Counted from the stretch's first letter, positions 1 to 14,090 are shown. The stretch: DNA of 64,000 bases from Hemiscyllium ocellatum (GCF_020745735.1 NC_083403.1:60483003-60547002); one strand, 5' to 3'. The notes: generated by a model from the sequence alone, not told the origin. Numbers and translations: made by a program.

Positions 1-295
1 ACAGTCTGAGGATTTGGGGTAGACCATTTAGAATGTAGATGAGGAGACATGTCTTCAACCATAGAGTGGTGAGCCTGTGGAATTCACTACCACAAGAAGT
101 AGTTGATGCCAAAACATTGAATGTATTCAAGAGGGGGCTAAATATAACACTTGGGATGAATGGGTTCAAAGGTTATGGGGAGAAAGCAGAATTAGGCTAT
201 TGAGTTGGATGATCAGCCACGATCATGATGAATGGTGGAGCAGGCTGAAAGGCCAAATGGCCTCCTCCAGCTCCTTTTGTCCAAGTCTCTATGTG
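1..295 (+). mobile_element. CR1-type LINE 3' end fragment
   Basis: Encodes decayed RVVSLWNSLPQEVV-like ORF2 C-terminus followed by the CR1 3' UTR (ggctgaaaggccaaatggcct); same motif as other CR1 tails in the window. Confidence 0.8.
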
Positions 296-1179
296 TCTAT
301 ACTTTTTCCAAAGTGATGTTAGAAAATGTTAATCATTGATGTTAGCTCTCAAAGTGAGCTAGAATTTTATTTCAAATCATCCAGTCATTGGTACAGTTGA
401 GCAGAATGCTGAATGACATAAAGAGCCGGCAAATCTATTATGTTCATTCGTTTGTACGAAAATCCAAAGCTGACAGCTCCCAGCCTATAGAATCTGCAAA
501 GCAATGAGAATGCAACAGAATTATTGTTGGGAGAATGGTGAAGAATTACTCTGTGGTTTACAAAGGTTGTCCAAGAACTAACAGTAACTGTGGTTAATAG
601 CTGGACTGGAATATGAATGGTTGTCATAATAAATCCACCATTTTGTTTCTGGCTACAGTTAGCTAAGCTCACTGTTATCAGATAAAAGTCATCAGTCTAT
701 TTTTCACATTGTTGGCTGATATACATTTCCTTCTGACATTGGGAAATTGTTCACTTTGGAAAAAAAAGTGCATGTTAATTTGTGATCACAGTTGTTTCTT
801 AACCTCCACCGAAGCTCTGAGTTCTATCCTCCAATGCAACTGGGTCAAACTGAGTGTATTAACATTACTTCCGCCCCCCACATCATCGCTGATGCCACAC
901 TCTCAGTGACTTCCGCCACCCCTACTGCCGTGGTCACCACCACTCCCGCCCCCACCAGCGGCACTCACCTGCATTCTGCTGACATGCACCCCACAGACCC
1001 CACTGTCACAATCCCCACCCCCCAGAACCCTGAGGGGAACACTACCCCTGCTCATGACTCCACCCCCATTCCCCCCACCATCACACCCACTCCAGTTACA
1101 GGTTCCGCCCCTGCTCCCAGCTCCACACACACACACCAGATCCCAGCTCCCAGCCCTGCCGAGTTTTCACCATCCCCCC

Positions 1180-3340
1180 CAGACCTCCCCCTCACTGAGG
1201 ATGAATGATCAGTCCTCAGCAAAGGACTCACCTTCATCCCCCTCCGTCCACGCATCAATGCATTTAATACACGCCGTGACGTCAAACAATCCTTCCGTCA
1301 CCTCCGCCTCCGAGCTTATTTTCACAATCAGGATTCCTGCCCACCTTCTGAGGACCCCTTCACCCATCTCCAACACACTGCATCCACCTGGACACCCCGC
1401 GCTGGCCTATTACCTGCCCTCGACCTCTTCATTTCCAACTGCTGCCGGGACATTAACTGCCTCAATCTGTCTACTGCCCTCCCCCGCTCCAACCTCCCAC
1501 CCTCACAACGCGCAGCCCTCCAATCCCTCTGCTCCAATCCCAACCTCACCATCAAGCCAGTGGATAAAGGGGGCGCAGTGGTAGTCTGGGGCACTGACTT
1601 CTACACCGCTGAAGCCAAACGCCAACTCGAGGACACCTCTTCCTACTGCCCCCTCGACAATGACCACACCCCCCATCACCAAACCATCATCTCCCAGACC
1701 ATACAGAACCTCATCACCTCAGGAGATCTCCCAGCCACAGCTTCCAATCTCATAGTCCGGGAACCCCACACTGCCTGGTTCTACCTCCTTCCCAAGATCC
1801 ACAAGCCTGACCACCCTGGCCGACCCATTGTCTCAGCATGCTCCTGCCCCACTGAACTCATCTCTACCTACCTCAACACTGTCCTATTCCCCCCTAGTCC
1901 AGGAACTCCCCACATACATTCGAGACACCAACCACGCCCTTCACCTCCTAAAAGACTTCCGTTTCCCTGGCCCCCAAAGACTCATCTTCACCATGGATAT
2001 CCAATCCCTCTACACCTCCATCCGCCATGACCAGGGGCTCCAAGGCCTCCGTTTTTTCCTCTCCAGACATCCCCAACAGTACCCTTCCACGGACACTCTC
2101 ATTCGTTTGGCAGAACTGGTCCTCACCCTTAACAATTTCTCCTTTGAATCCTCCCACTTCCTCCAGACCAAAGGGGTAGCCATGGGCACATGTTTGGGCC
2201 CCAGCTATGCCTGTCTCTTTGTTGGCTACATAGAACAGTTGATCTTCCATAATTTCACCGGCACCACTCCCCACCTCTTCCTCCGCTACATTGATGACTG
2301 CATTGGCGCCATTTCATGCTCCCACAAGGAGGTTGAGCAATTCATCAACTTCACCAACACATTCCACCCTGACGTTAAACTTACCTGGGCCATCTCTGAC
2401 ACCTCCCTCCCCTTCCTGGACCTCTCCATCTCCATTAATGACGTCCGACTTGATACTGACATTTTTTACAAACCCACCGACTCCCACAGCTACCTGGATT
2501 ACACCTCTTCCCACCCTACCTCTTGCAAAAATGTCATCCGTATTCCCAATACCTCCGCTTCCGCCGTTTCTGCTCCCAGGAGGACCAGTTCCACCAGAGA
2601 CCACACTAGGTGGCCTTCTTCTTTAGAGACCGCAATTTTCCTTCCCACGTGGTTAAAGATGCCCTCCAATGCATCTCGTCAACATCCTGCACCTCCGCCC
2701 TCAGATCCCACCCCTCCAACTGTAACAAGGACAGAACGCCCCTGGTGCTCACCTTCCACCCTACAAACCTTCGCGTAAACCAAATCATCCGCCAACGTTT
2801 CTGCCACCTCCAAAAAGACCCCACCAGCAGGGATATATTTCCCTCCCCACCCCTTTCCTCCTTCTGCAAAGACCGTTCCCTCCGTGACTACCTGATCAGG
2901 TCCACGCCCCCCCTACGACCCACCCTCCCATCCTGGCACTTTCCCCTGTTACTGCAGGAACTGTAAAACCTGCGCCCACACCTCCTCCCTCACCTCTATC
3001 CAAGGCCCTAAAGAAGCCTTCCACATCCATCAAAGTTTTACCTGCACATCCACTAATATCATTTATTGTATCCGCTGCTCCCGATGAGGTCTCCTCTACA
3101 TTGGGGAGACTGGGCACCTTCTAGCAGAGCGCTTTAGGGAACATCTCCGGGACACCCGCACCAATCAATCACACCGCCCCGTAGCCCAACATTTCAACTC
3201 CCCCTCCCACTCTGTCGAGGACATGGAGGTCCTGGGCCTCCTTCACCGCCGCTCTCTCACCACCAGACGCCTGGAGGAAGAACATCTCATCTTCCTCCTC
3301 AGAACACTTCAACCCCAGGGCATCAATGTGGACTTCATTT
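1180..3340 (+). pseudogene. PLE reverse transcriptase / GIY-YIG endonuclease ORF, frameshifted
   Basis: Motifs VLSKGLTF, DKGGAVVV, FYLLPKIHK..GRPIVS, MDIQSLYTSI, GVAMG, RYIDD, then NIIYCIRC..LYIGETG; split over ORFs 1560-2030, 1828-2778, 2610-2966 with stops and frameshifts. Confidence 0.93.
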
Positions 3341-3572
3341 CCTCTTCCCCCACCTCACCCTAGTTCCAAACTTCCAGCTCAGCACTGTCCCCATGACTTG
3401 TCCGGACTTGTCCTACCTGCCTATCTCCTTTTCCACCTATCCACTCCACCCTCTCCTCCCTGACCTATCACCTTCATCCCCTCCCCCACTCACCTATTGT
3501 ACTCTATGCTACTTTCTCACCACCCCCACCCTCCTCTAGCTTATCTCTCCACGCTTCAGGCTCACTGCCTTT

Positions 3573-3608
3573 ATTCCTAATGAAGGGCTTTTGCCTGAAA
3601 CGTCGATT
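3573..3608 (+). ncRNA. Minimal type I hammerhead ribozyme, core mutated (CUAAUGA, G5A), probably inactive
   Basis: attc-CTAATGA-a-gggc-tttt-gcct-GAAA-C-GTC-gatt; G5A is a standard inactivating hammerhead change. Confidence 0.75.
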
Positions 3609-4164
3609 TCGCTGCTCCTTGGATGCTGCCTGAACTGCTGTGCTCTTCCAGCACCACTAATCCAGAATCTGGTTTCCAGCATCTGCAGTCATTGTTTTTA
3701 CCTGAGTGTATTAACAGCAAACCCAGAGGGAAGAAATGTTTAAAAAAAAGTAACACATGGAAATAAATGTATTGGTCATATTGGGCCTCCATTTTGACAG
3801 ATCTGACTGGCATGTCTCATTCACCAGTTTTACTGTTTTATTTTCCTCTGGGAATGCGAAGTGCAGAATACTTTTAAAGCAGAAACACTCTGCAATATAA
3901 ATGGGGTATTAGGTTTCCTTATTAACACCACAGCTTTTATTATTCAGCGTGTCCCTGACTGAAGTTTCCTGTAAGCATATTTACTTAGTTAGGATGATTA
4001 ATTATGGTGACATTGAGCTCAGTTGTTTGACAAAATAATCCAAAAATAGTGCAGAACAATGCTGATGATATTGTGGGATCATGCAGTGGTATTCCATAAT
4101 AGTTACTATTTTTTAAAAAATCAAGACAGTTCACTGAATTAAAGAATTGTCTCCAACAGATTAT

Positions 4165-4279
4165 AGGCAAAAGATGCTGGAGATTAGAGTCAAGAGTGTG
4201 GTTCTAGAAAAGCACAGCAGGTCAGGCAGCATCTGATGAGCAGGAAAATCAACATTTTGGATAAAAGCCATTCATCAGG
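4165..4279 (-). mobile_element. Mini PLE insertion (pseudo-LTR only) with degenerate hammerhead
   Basis: Reverse strand starts tcctgatgaatggc; homologous to 3576-3685; 10-bp TSD aacagattat at 4155-4164 and 4280-4289. Confidence 0.85.
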
Positions 4280-4359
4280 AACAGATTATGATCAGAGCAC
4301 ATACAGTTAGTTTTATCAGAGTGATATGTCAATTTGGTTTCAAATTAGACACATATCCT

Positions 4360-4800
4360 TTTTATATTTGTTTATGGAAAATGTGGCATGATTGACTAGG
4401 AGCAGGATTTTTTTTGCCCACTCTTTATAACCTTAAAAAGAGTTGTAAGTGCTGAATTGTCTTTTTGAATGGCTACAGTGTGTCCAGTGTAGAGCACCAG
4501 CAGTGCTGTTATAAAAGAGAGTTCCCAGAATTTAACCCATGAGAATTGAAGGAATGGCGATGTGGTTCCAAGTCAGGATGGTGTGTGACTTGGAGGAGAA
4601 CTTAGAACCAAATGGTTTTCCCAGGTATTAACTGTCCTTGATCCTCTAGCGAGCAGGAGTTGTGATGTTGCGGGTTGTGAAAATGCTGTTGAAGGAGGTT
4701 TGGAAAATTGTTGGAATACATTTTGTGCATGGTACATACTGCTACCACTGTGTGCTAGAGATGAAGGAAGCAAACACTTAAAATGGTGAATGTGGTGCCA
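4360..4800 (-). mobile_element. CR1/L2-type LINE 3' tail
   Basis: Reverse complement matches the tail at 7400-7765 (ttccaagtcaggatggtgtgtgacttggag motif). Confidence 0.7.
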
Positions 4801-5919
4801 GAACCTTATCCCTGCTATTGTCATCACCTGCATTTGTTCTGTTATATAGGTATCATGTATTTTTACTCTCCTAAGTCTACCCTTCTTTTATCCCTGGTCA
4901 TGTTATGAGAATTCAATATTTGTTTTATTCATTGATGTCATCGGATAATTTGGAGGTAACGTAGTCCAGCAATATAGCCAAAAATGCTTTTTCTTTACTG
5001 CTCTGATTTTCATTCATATTTAAGGATCATCCCAACACCAGTATAAAGTAGTTGCTGCGATTCAACTATATATTGAATCTCTGCTCAACTTCTGCCCTGC
5101 TACAGGGAAATGTGCTGAGTGCAGTTTAGACACCATACTCAAGGGAAGTAATAATGTCAAACTGGGGTTTAATATAGACTACTCCGGATTGGTGGACAGT
5201 TTGGGAAGTCAGGAAACTTATCGCCATCATCTTAGAGAAACTTGACATGAGTTAGGTTAAAATATGGCAGATGGATAAGATAAGTACCTTAGAGTCTGCT
5301 ATACCATTCCATTCAGAAATGCATCCTAAATTACTGTGTTGAACACACTTTAGATAAAATGTATTTTATACAACTGTCTGTGGAATTAGTGTGTTATAAC
5401 ACACCAGTGCATGTAGAGTGTGAAAATGAACATCTTGCCAATAAAACAATTGTTAATCCATCATCTGTCTGGGAAGCTGAGTTCAAGTTTAACTGAGGCC
5501 ACCTGGATATGTGTTTACCAGATTCTAAATTGAACACATTTCACAAATACAGTGACCCTCTCACCTCGTTTGACTTAACAAGATTTTTCACAATAATATG
5601 TCTTACTGAAGTCATGTAAAATAACTTTGAATGGTATGTAGACAGTGGAGCATCAAGAAATGTGCACTGCATGCATGTGGCCATGAAACAGAGCTCAGTA
5701 AATTTTTTATTTTCTGGCATGCACAAGGAATGGGAATGTCAGATGATCTGAAATGTTAGATATCGAGGAGTCATATTTGTCAACAGGAGTGTTGTACCAT
5801 GAACCACAAAAGAAGTTTTCCAACTGTCCCTGAAGATATAGAAGATTACATTCTAATACAAACTCTAACTGCTTTATTGAATAAAACCCTCATGTCAGCT
5901 TAGATTGTTTTCATTCAGT

Positions 5920-6220
5920 CATAGAATTGGGCATCATGAGCTTTTTAATGCCCAGCCCTAATTGCCCAGAGGGTAGTTACATTGCTGTGGGTCTGATGTC
6001 ACATGTAGAATAGACTCGGTAAAAATGACATATTTCCTTCCCTGAAGGACATCAGTGAACCAGATGGATTTTTACACCAGCCAAGAGTGGTTACATGATC
6101 ATTGAGTCAGCTTTTGATTTATTCCAGATTTTTAATTGATTTTGACTTTCACCTTTCAATCTCATGATATTTACCTTGGCTTCTGGATTATTGGTCCAGT
6201 GACTTTACCACTACGCCACC
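5920..6220 (-). mobile_element. tRNA-derived SINE (same family as 22596-23545)
   Basis: tttccttccctgaaggacatcagtgaaccagatgg is the reverse of the core at 23400-23440; tRNA A-box-like head at about 6200-6218. Confidence 0.7.
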
Positions 6221-6269
6221 ATTTCTGCACCCCTCTCCTCTTACCATCCCCCTCCCCCTCACCTGCACT

Positions 6270-6742
6270 GGTGATTTGCCTTCTTTTTCTGCATAAAAAG
6301 AGAATGCAGAATGTATAATTCATAACCAATGCAGACGGACAAGTCTATTTTCAGCAAATTTAATGAATGGATCAAAAGTTGAAGCAGCATTAGCTCAAGT
6401 TACTTCCTCCTTTTCTATGAAATCCTGTTCCTCAGAGTTTTTTCAGTCTCTTTCAGCTTTTTCAGCACTCACCATCATATCTGCATCAAGAACAGTGTGT
6501 GTCACGTCAACCTCCTTCTTAGCTTCAACTCACTCTTCCACCTTTGAAGTGTTTGCTGATTGGATATTCAGAAGAGGAACTGTATACTGTTTCCACGATC
6601 TTGGACAATGTAAGTTTTTCTTCTTACAATTAAATCCTTCAACATCTTCAGTGGAAGGGCCTTCCACTAACTTAACACCGAGGTAACAATTTTCTCCAAG
6701 CCTTCATCAGTGTTGCACTTTCCTGATTTCCAATCTGCATTT
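6270..6742 (-). pseudogene. Decayed Tigger/pogo-type DDE transposase C-terminus
   Basis: Reverse translation gives TLMKAWRKLL..EDVEGF..VEE*VEAKKEVDVTHTVLDADM..EKEEVT*ANAASTFDPFIKFAE, the usual pattern of TIGD/Jerky-like C-termini; multiple stops. Confidence 0.55.
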
Positions 6743-6744
6743 CA

Positions 6745-7765
6745 AGTCCACATTTGACCAATTGTGGTATGAAGGAACCTGAGCAAAAGTGGAGTTAATG
6801 AGAATCAAGGAGAAAACTCTTCATTGCTTGGAGTCATACCTGGCACAAAGGAAGGTGGTTGTGGTCATTGGTAATCAGTCATCTGAGGTCCAGGACATCT
6901 CTGCAGGAGTTCTCCAGTGTAGTCTCCTTGGCCCAACCATCTTCTGCTGCTACATCAATTACCTTCTCTGCATCATAAGGTCAGAGTTGAGGATGTTTGT
7001 TGATGACTGCACAATGTTCAGCACCATTCATGATTCCTGAGATACTGAAGCAGCCCATTTCTAAATGGACCAAGACCTGACTATATCCAGGCTTGGACTG
7101 ACAACTGGCAAGTAACATTCATACCACAAAAATTCCAGGCAAAGACCATCGCCAACAAAAGGGAATCTACCCATCTCCCTGTGATATTCAATGGCATCAT
7201 TATTGATGAATTAACCACCATCAATATCATTAACCAGAAACTGAACTGAATCCCCAAAGTCTGTTTACCATCTACAAGGCATGAGTCAGGAATGTGATGG
7301 AATGCTTCCTATTTGCCTGGATGAGGGCTGGTCCAACAACACTCAAGAAACTCAACACCATTCAGTACAAAGCAGCTAATTTGATTGGAACTATATCTAA
7401 AACATTCATATGCATAGTAGCAGCAGTATGTACCATCTACAAGATGCAGTGTAGAAGTTCTCCAAGGCTCCTTTGACAGCAACTTTCAAACCTACAACAG
7501 CTATCTTTTAGAAGGATGACAGTAGATACGTAGGAACATTTGCACCTGCATGTTCTTCTTCAGGCCACTCATGATCCTGAATTGGAAATGTATCACCATT
7601 CCTTCACTATTGCTGGGTCCAAATCTGGAACTCCTAATGGCATTGTGGCTCTACCTGCAACAAATGGACTGCAGTGGCTCAAGAATGCAGTAGAGCACCA
7701 TGTTCTCAAGAGCAATTCTGGATGGACAATAAATGCTGGCTCACATCCCAAAATGAATTTTAATA
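6745..7765 (+). mobile_element. CR1/L2-type LINE RT and 3' tail, decayed
   Basis: ESYLAQRK..SAGVLQCSLLGPTIF..MFVDD RT motifs; tail ends ataaatgctggc..cacatccc. Confidence 0.85.
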
Positions 7766-8802
7766 AAAGCACAAAACAGGTGTCTTTCATGGTATAAAGA
7801 GATTGAAAGTTCTGTATTCATTAATTTTCTCATGAAATCTCCATTGTGATGCCTTTTCATATTTTGAATGAAACACAGTCCTTTCTACGCCTGATATTGC
7901 AAGTTGTGGATAAGCCAATGTTGTATTGTCTCATCAAAATCATTAATGAAATAAGCACAAATCAGAGAAAATTTTGTCCCATGGTGGGAGAAATACAGAA
8001 TAAATGAAAGCTTGAGCATTTGGTTCACTTTTAAAGAAATATTTGCACCTCAACTTCTCTCCCTTTGCCGCTTCCCTCTTCTAAAACAATGATTCCTGCT
8101 GGGCTATTTCTACAGGTGTCAGAAGCATCTAGGAATATAGTCAATACTGGCAGAAGTAGATTTATGAGCCTCACAGGGCAAGCTTCTTCATTAACGGTGA
8201 GTCAGTGAAGCACAGGCTCATCATACTGACAGTCAGACAAAAATAAGTAGAAAGCAGTAGAGGAAAACTGAAGGTGGATTTTAAGCCAGTTCTGTGCTAC
8301 CTCCACTGGAAGTCCCAGAACCATTGACAAGTTAAAATGAAGACATTTGATTGACATTATTAGTTAGAATGAATTATTTGTCATTTTTAAAATTAATTAT
8401 CTGCACTGCCAGTCCCTAGTTGCTTTGAGAAGATACTGATGAGCACTGTTACCTCAGTTTCCTTTCACTATGCTTGATCATTTATTGCACTGTGTGCTTC
8501 TTCTGTGATTATCACATGGTCATATATACTCACATTATACAAAGACAGGTTCTGCTGCATGATTTGCTTGACCCCAATTTATGTAGATTCTGAATTATTG
8601 TATCGTCGTGCAGTGAGAATTTTGATTGAACTTGTGGGACACAGCAATTTGATGCAATGGAAAGGTTTCCAAGCTCACCACAATGGCAGTTAAGAGTCAA
8701 CCATGCTTTATTTGCCTTATTTGCACAGCACTTCAATAAGTATTAAGACAACTGAATGGTTTGTGAAAACTTGGATTTACATCTAGCTTCTCTGTAATAT
8801 AA

Positions 8803-9433
8803 AATTAGTGGTGTAATGGACAACGAAGAGGGTTACCTCAGATTACAACAGGATTTTGACCAGATGGGCCAATGGGCTGAGAAGTGGCAGATGGAATTTA
8901 ATTCAGATAAATGCGAGGTGCTGCATTTTGGGAAAGCACATCATAGCAGGACGTATACACTTAATGGTAAGCTCCTAGGGAGTGTTGCTGAACAAAGAGA
9001 TCTTGGAGTGCAGGTTCATAGCTCCTTGACAGTGGAGTCGCAGATAGATAGGATAGTGAAGAAGGCATTTGGTATGTTCTCCTTCATTGATCACGATAGG
9101 GTAAATAGGCAAAGTCTTTTCCCTGGGGTTGGGGAGTCTAGAACTAGAGGGCATAGGTTTAGGGTGAGAGGGGAAAGATGTAAAGGAGACCTAAGGGACA
9201 ACATTTTCACACAGAGGGTGGTATGGGTATGGAATGAGCTGCCAGAGGAAGTGATGGAGGCTGGTACAATTGCAACATTTAAGAGGCATTTGGATGGGTA
9301 CATGAATAGGAAGGCTTGGAGGGAGATGGGCCAGGTGCTGGAATGTGGGACTAGATTGGGTTGGGATATCTGGTCGGCGTGGACAGGTTGGACTGAAGGG
9401 TCTGTTTTCATGCTGTACATCTCTATGACTCTA
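8803..9433 (+). mobile_element. CR1 LINE 3' fragment with internal deletion
   Basis: WAEKWQMEFNSDKCEVLHFG, DLGVQVH, RTRGHRF, WNELPEEV; (ctatgact) tail. Confidence 0.9.
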
Positions 9434-9799
9434 TATGCCATATTACTTTTATTTTCTTGTATTGAAGCCCTGGTGAGGTGCATGATGGGAATGGTGTGGT
9501 GCAATTCTTCCTAGGTCAGGAGAGGCTTACATTATTTTCAAGAGGTCCAGAAAATCCAATCCCATGTCTCCTGGTCTAGCTAAAATAATTTAAAGCTTAC
9601 GTACACAGGGCACCTTTGACACATCCAACTAGCACTTTTCTAAAATGGCAGTTGAGGTCTTAGCTACATCATACATTGTTTTTAATTTAAAAAGGAGCCC
9701 ACCACTTGAAACAAGCAGATGCTCTGACTATCCAGTGGCACCTCCACTGTAAAAATGACAGTAATAATGAAGGTGTAAATCTACCCTCCTGTTCTGAGG

Positions 9800-12700
9800 C
9801 AGTTCCCTCCTCACTAAGCTGAGCGAGGCAAACAGAGAGCAGCATGGGAAGGTCAGAGTTTCTGATTCTGAGGGGATTACTGAAAAGTGGCGTCACAGGA
9901 GGACTGATTTGATTGACTAATAAGGAAGCTCCTAAATTTGAAACTGTGTTAAATTGAATCTTGTGAAATTATTGGTTACAACTTGTGTTCAGATTGAGAT
10001 AATACACAGAGATATAAAGACAGTTAAAACAAACAATAAATTCAAAACTAATTAAATCAAATTAGGATGGACGGTCAGGTGATGTGTTCTTCCTGCATGA
10101 TGTGGGAGCTGGTTGACCCCCAGTGATGATTCCCAGTGACCATGTCTGCAGTAAATATTGGTTTCTCAAGGAACTCCATCTCAGAGTAGATGAGCTGCAG
10201 TTTAACCTTCAAACATTGCAACACATCAAGGAGAGGGAGAGCCACATGGACACTGTGTTTCAGGAGACAGTCATACCCCTTAAACTAACAAACTTGAATT
10301 CAGCCAGTGGTCAGGGACAGGAGGGTGTGGCTGTGAGTGAGGCAGGTAGAGGGATCCAGGAGGTAGAGTTGGGGGAGGGGGGGGGGAGGTGGTGGTGGGG
10401 AAAAAGATAAGATTTCAATTATAAGAGAAATTAAAATACCCAACTTAATCAGGATGGAAGAGTGCAGATTAGCCATGTGGCGGATGGTTACCAGACAATA
10501 ACGGTGAGGGACAGAAAAGGTGAATATCTTTTTACACTAAGGAATTATAAAAAAAAGTAGGGATATTTAACAGTAGAACAAATTTAAATCTTTCTAAAAC
10601 CGCAAAGCATTCAAAACAAAAATAATGACTTAATATTGCAAATCGAAACAAAAGAGTATGATTTGGTAACAGTTACTGAGACGTGGTTACAAGGAGACTA
10701 GGTCTGGGAATTGAATATCCAGGAGCACTCAGCATTTCGGAAGGATAGACTGAAAGGAAAAGGAGATGATGTGGCCTTGAAAGTGAAGAGAGGGATCAAT
10801 GCTGTAATGAGAAATGGTAGAAGCAGGAGAGATCAAGATGTGGAATCAGCCTGGGTAGAAATAAGAAATAACAAAGTACTTGGTAATCTAGAGGTTCCCA
10901 AATGGTAGTTCTGCATCGAGGCACAGTATAAACCGGGAAATGTCAGTGGCTTGCAAGAAAGGTACAGCAATGATCATGGGTGATTTTAACAGGAACATCA
11001 ATTGGAGGAATCACATTGGCAAGGGTAACCTGAAAGCAGAGTTCATTGACTGTATTACGGATTGTTTCTTGGAGCAGTATGTTGTGGAACCAACCAGGGA
11101 GCAAGCTACTCTGGATTTGTTATCATGTAATGAGGAGCGATTAATTGATGACATCATAGTTAAGGGTCCTCTCAGGAATAGTGACTATAGTATAATCGAA
11201 TTCAGCATTCAGTTTGGGGATGAGAAAATGGAGTCCCACAATAGTGTTCTGCAGTTAAACGAAGGAAATTATAGAGGCATGAAGATAGATTTGGCACGGC
11301 TAGATTGGGCAGGAAGGCTAAATTGTAAGAGAGTGGATGAGCAGTGGCAGATGTTTAAGGATCTACACAATTCCTCACAACTAACATATATCCCAGTGAG
11401 GAAGAAAGATGGTGTTACAACATGGGGTAAACCCCTGTGCTAATTTAAACTAGCCACACTGAAAAAGTTCACCTCATGCCATAATGTGTTAAAATTTGAG
11501 AGGCAAAGAATTATCCTGGAGATCACTATTTAAAGTACAAATTAACAAATTTATTCTTTAAGTTCAACAGAGAATACTAAAACCAACAACTATTTACAAC
11601 TCCTTTCTCTTAAACCTATCTTTTAGCTTTCAATTTACAATACTAGTCTGATAAAAAAAATCCTGATTAAGATTTACAAAAAATAAATCATGTTTGAAAA
11701 ACCAGTCAGCTTTGTTGATTCTCTTTTGTAGCTTCTCCTCTGTAGATTTTCTCTAGCTCGGTTTCGGTGTTCTGCTGTGCAAACTTCTTATAGATAGCTA
11801 CCTTTCAGACAGCTCTTCAACTGGTAGTATATGTTTACGGACTTCCTTGGCAGTTCTTCTAACTGTTCAAAATGTCTGGTTTTATACCCCAAAACATTTG
11901 ATCATTTCATTGGTTTTAATACTATTAAAATGGTAAATTCAAATTTAATTGGACTTTGGTATCTTGGGACATAATTTAATTGGATTGGCCAAATTTGAAT
12001 TTTCTTTTGTTTCATGGCAACTCATCTGCAGCTATTTGTTTCCCAAGTGTTACATGCTTACTTTGTTCAAGACTCTCTGTGCTTTGTCAGTCCTTGCTAA
12101 AGATACAATATACTACGACACTTTCATAACAATGGTAAGGGGAGTAAAAGACATTCATGGCTAAACGAGAAGGTCAAAGACAACGTAAAGTCAAAAGCTA
12201 ATGTATACTGTATTACAAAGGCCAGTGGCAGGCTAGAAGATCGGGAAACATTCAAACAATAACAAAGAGATACTAAAAAATATAAAAAGAACTAAGGCAA
12301 ATTATAAAAGAAAACTAGCACAAAATATCAAAAAGGATAGCAAAAGCTTCTATAGGTATATAAAAGGGAAGAGTGCCACGAATGTGAATGTTGGTCCATT
12401 GAAGATAAAACCAGAGTTAATCATGGAGAACACTAAGATGACAGAGATGCTGAATAATTACTTTGCTTCAGTTTTCATGGGGGAGGACAATAGTACCATT
12501 CCTGTTGTAATGAGCAAGTCAGAGGCAATAGATAAGATATAACTTAGAGCAATCGACATCAATAAGGAAAAAGTATTAAGCAAATTATTAGGATTGAGGA
12601 CAAGCAAGTCCCCTGTGCCTATGGCCTACATCCCAGAGATGTAAAGGAAGTGGCAGCGGAGTTAGTAGATTCATTAGTTACCACATTCCAGAATTCCCTG

Positions 12701-14090
12701 GATATGAGAAAGGTGAATTGGAAAATAGTTAATATAGCACTTTTTCAAAAAGGGAGGGAGGCAGAATGAGGGAAATTACAGACCAGTTAGTTTCACAGCT
12801 TTGTTGGGAAAGGTTTAGAATCAATGATCAAGGAAGCAATATCAAGACATTTGGAAAGTCAAAACTCTATCCATCAGAGTCAGCATGGTTTCATGAGGGG
12901 CAAATCATGTTTGACTAATTTGTTAGAGTTCTTCAAAGGTGTCACAAACAAATGAATAATGGGCATGCTGTGGATATAATTTAGCGGGACTTCCAGAAGA
13001 CATTTGATAAAAGGTTAATTCACAAGGTTGGATCATATGGGATTAGAAATAATTTATTAGCCTGGATAGATAACTGCTTGATGGACAGAAGACAGAGAGT
13101 CAGGATAATTGAGGTTTTTTTCTGAATGGCAAGATATAACTAGTGGGGTGCCATAGGGTTTGGTCCTTGGACCCCAGCTATTTACAATCTACATTAACAA
13201 CTTGGATACAGGAATAGAAGGCTCTATAGCCAAATGTGTGAATGACACAAATTGCAGTGAAGAAATAAGAACCTGACAAATGGATTTTAATAGGTTAGGA
13301 GAGTGGGACAAAATGTGGCAGATGAAGTTTAACATGGGTAAGTGCGTGGTCATGCATTTGGGTCAAAAAAATGGGAAGGCGACCTTAATGGGGAGAGACG
13401 TATGAATGCTCTGATGCAGAGCGATCTGGATGTACTCATTCATGAGTCACAGTAAACTAGCATGCAGGTACAGCAAATAATAAAGGCAGTGAATGGAATG
13501 TTTTTTTTAGCTAAAGGAATAGCACATAAATACAAGGAAGTATTGTTGCAACTATACAGGATATTAGTAAGACTGCACCTGGAATATTATGCACAGTTTT
13601 GGTACCCTTACAGTTCAGAGGAGGTTCATTGGATTGACCCCAGAGATGATGGGTTTGTTGTAGGGAAGAGAGATTGAACAGTTTGGGCCCCTATATTCCC
13701 TGGAATTTAGAGGAATGAGACATTGAAGATGACAAAAGATGTGAATGGAGTAGCCGTGGTGTGGATGCTTCCTCTTGTGGGACATTCTAGAATGAGAGGT
13801 CATAGTGGTAGGATAAGGGGAGCAAACTTAAAACAGAGTTGAGGAGGAACTGTTTCTCCCAAAAGGTTGTGAATCTGTGGAATTCACTATTCCAAAGTGC
13901 AGTGGATGCTGGGACAGTGAGTAAATTTAGGGAGAGGTTAGACAGATTTTTAATTAGTAATGAGTTGAAAGGACTTGGGGAGAAGGTACTAAAGTGCGGG
14001 TGAAGAGAATATCAACCGTGATCAAAGGGTGGAGCAGACTCTATGGGCTGAATGGTCTAATTCTCCTCCTGTATCTTACGAATTTATGAA
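9800..14090 (+). mobile_element. Near full-length decayed CR1 LINE (ORF1 zinc finger, APE endonuclease, RT), interrupted by a solo LTR
   Basis: MDGQVMCSSCMMWEL / DHVCSK (ORF1), VTETWL, MGDFN, LDLL (endonuclease), NYRPVS, HQSQHGF..KSCLTNL, FQKTFDK (RT); 5' boundary approximate. Confidence 0.9.
11413..12131 (-). mobile_element. Solo LTR (Gypsy/ERV-type), 719 bp
   Basis: TGTTA...TAACA termini; 4-bp TSD atgg at 11409-11412 and 12132-12135; splits CR1 ORF2; TATAAAA (about 11880) and AATAAA (about 11550) on the minus strand. Confidence 0.85.

Larger units (their letters stand above)
865..3701 (+). mobile_element. Penelope-like retroelement (PLE), 5'-truncated, with 3' pseudo-LTR and full tail
   Basis: Perfect 15-bp TSD ctgagtgtattaaca at 850-864 and 3702-3716; RT and GIY-YIG coding remnants; HHR-like motif near the 3' end. 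Confidence 0.95.

Noticed and set aside
792-1208. Mucin-like 138-aa ORF
   Set aside because: Mostly lies inside the TSD-bounded PLE; the start is in flanking DNA and is a non-ATG codon
4930-5110. Coding-looking minus-strand stretch
   Set aside because: Stops in the frames examined and no motif I can name with confidence
10370-10400. G-quadruplex-like G run
   Set aside because: Simple G-run at a deletion point within a dead CR1; no sign of function
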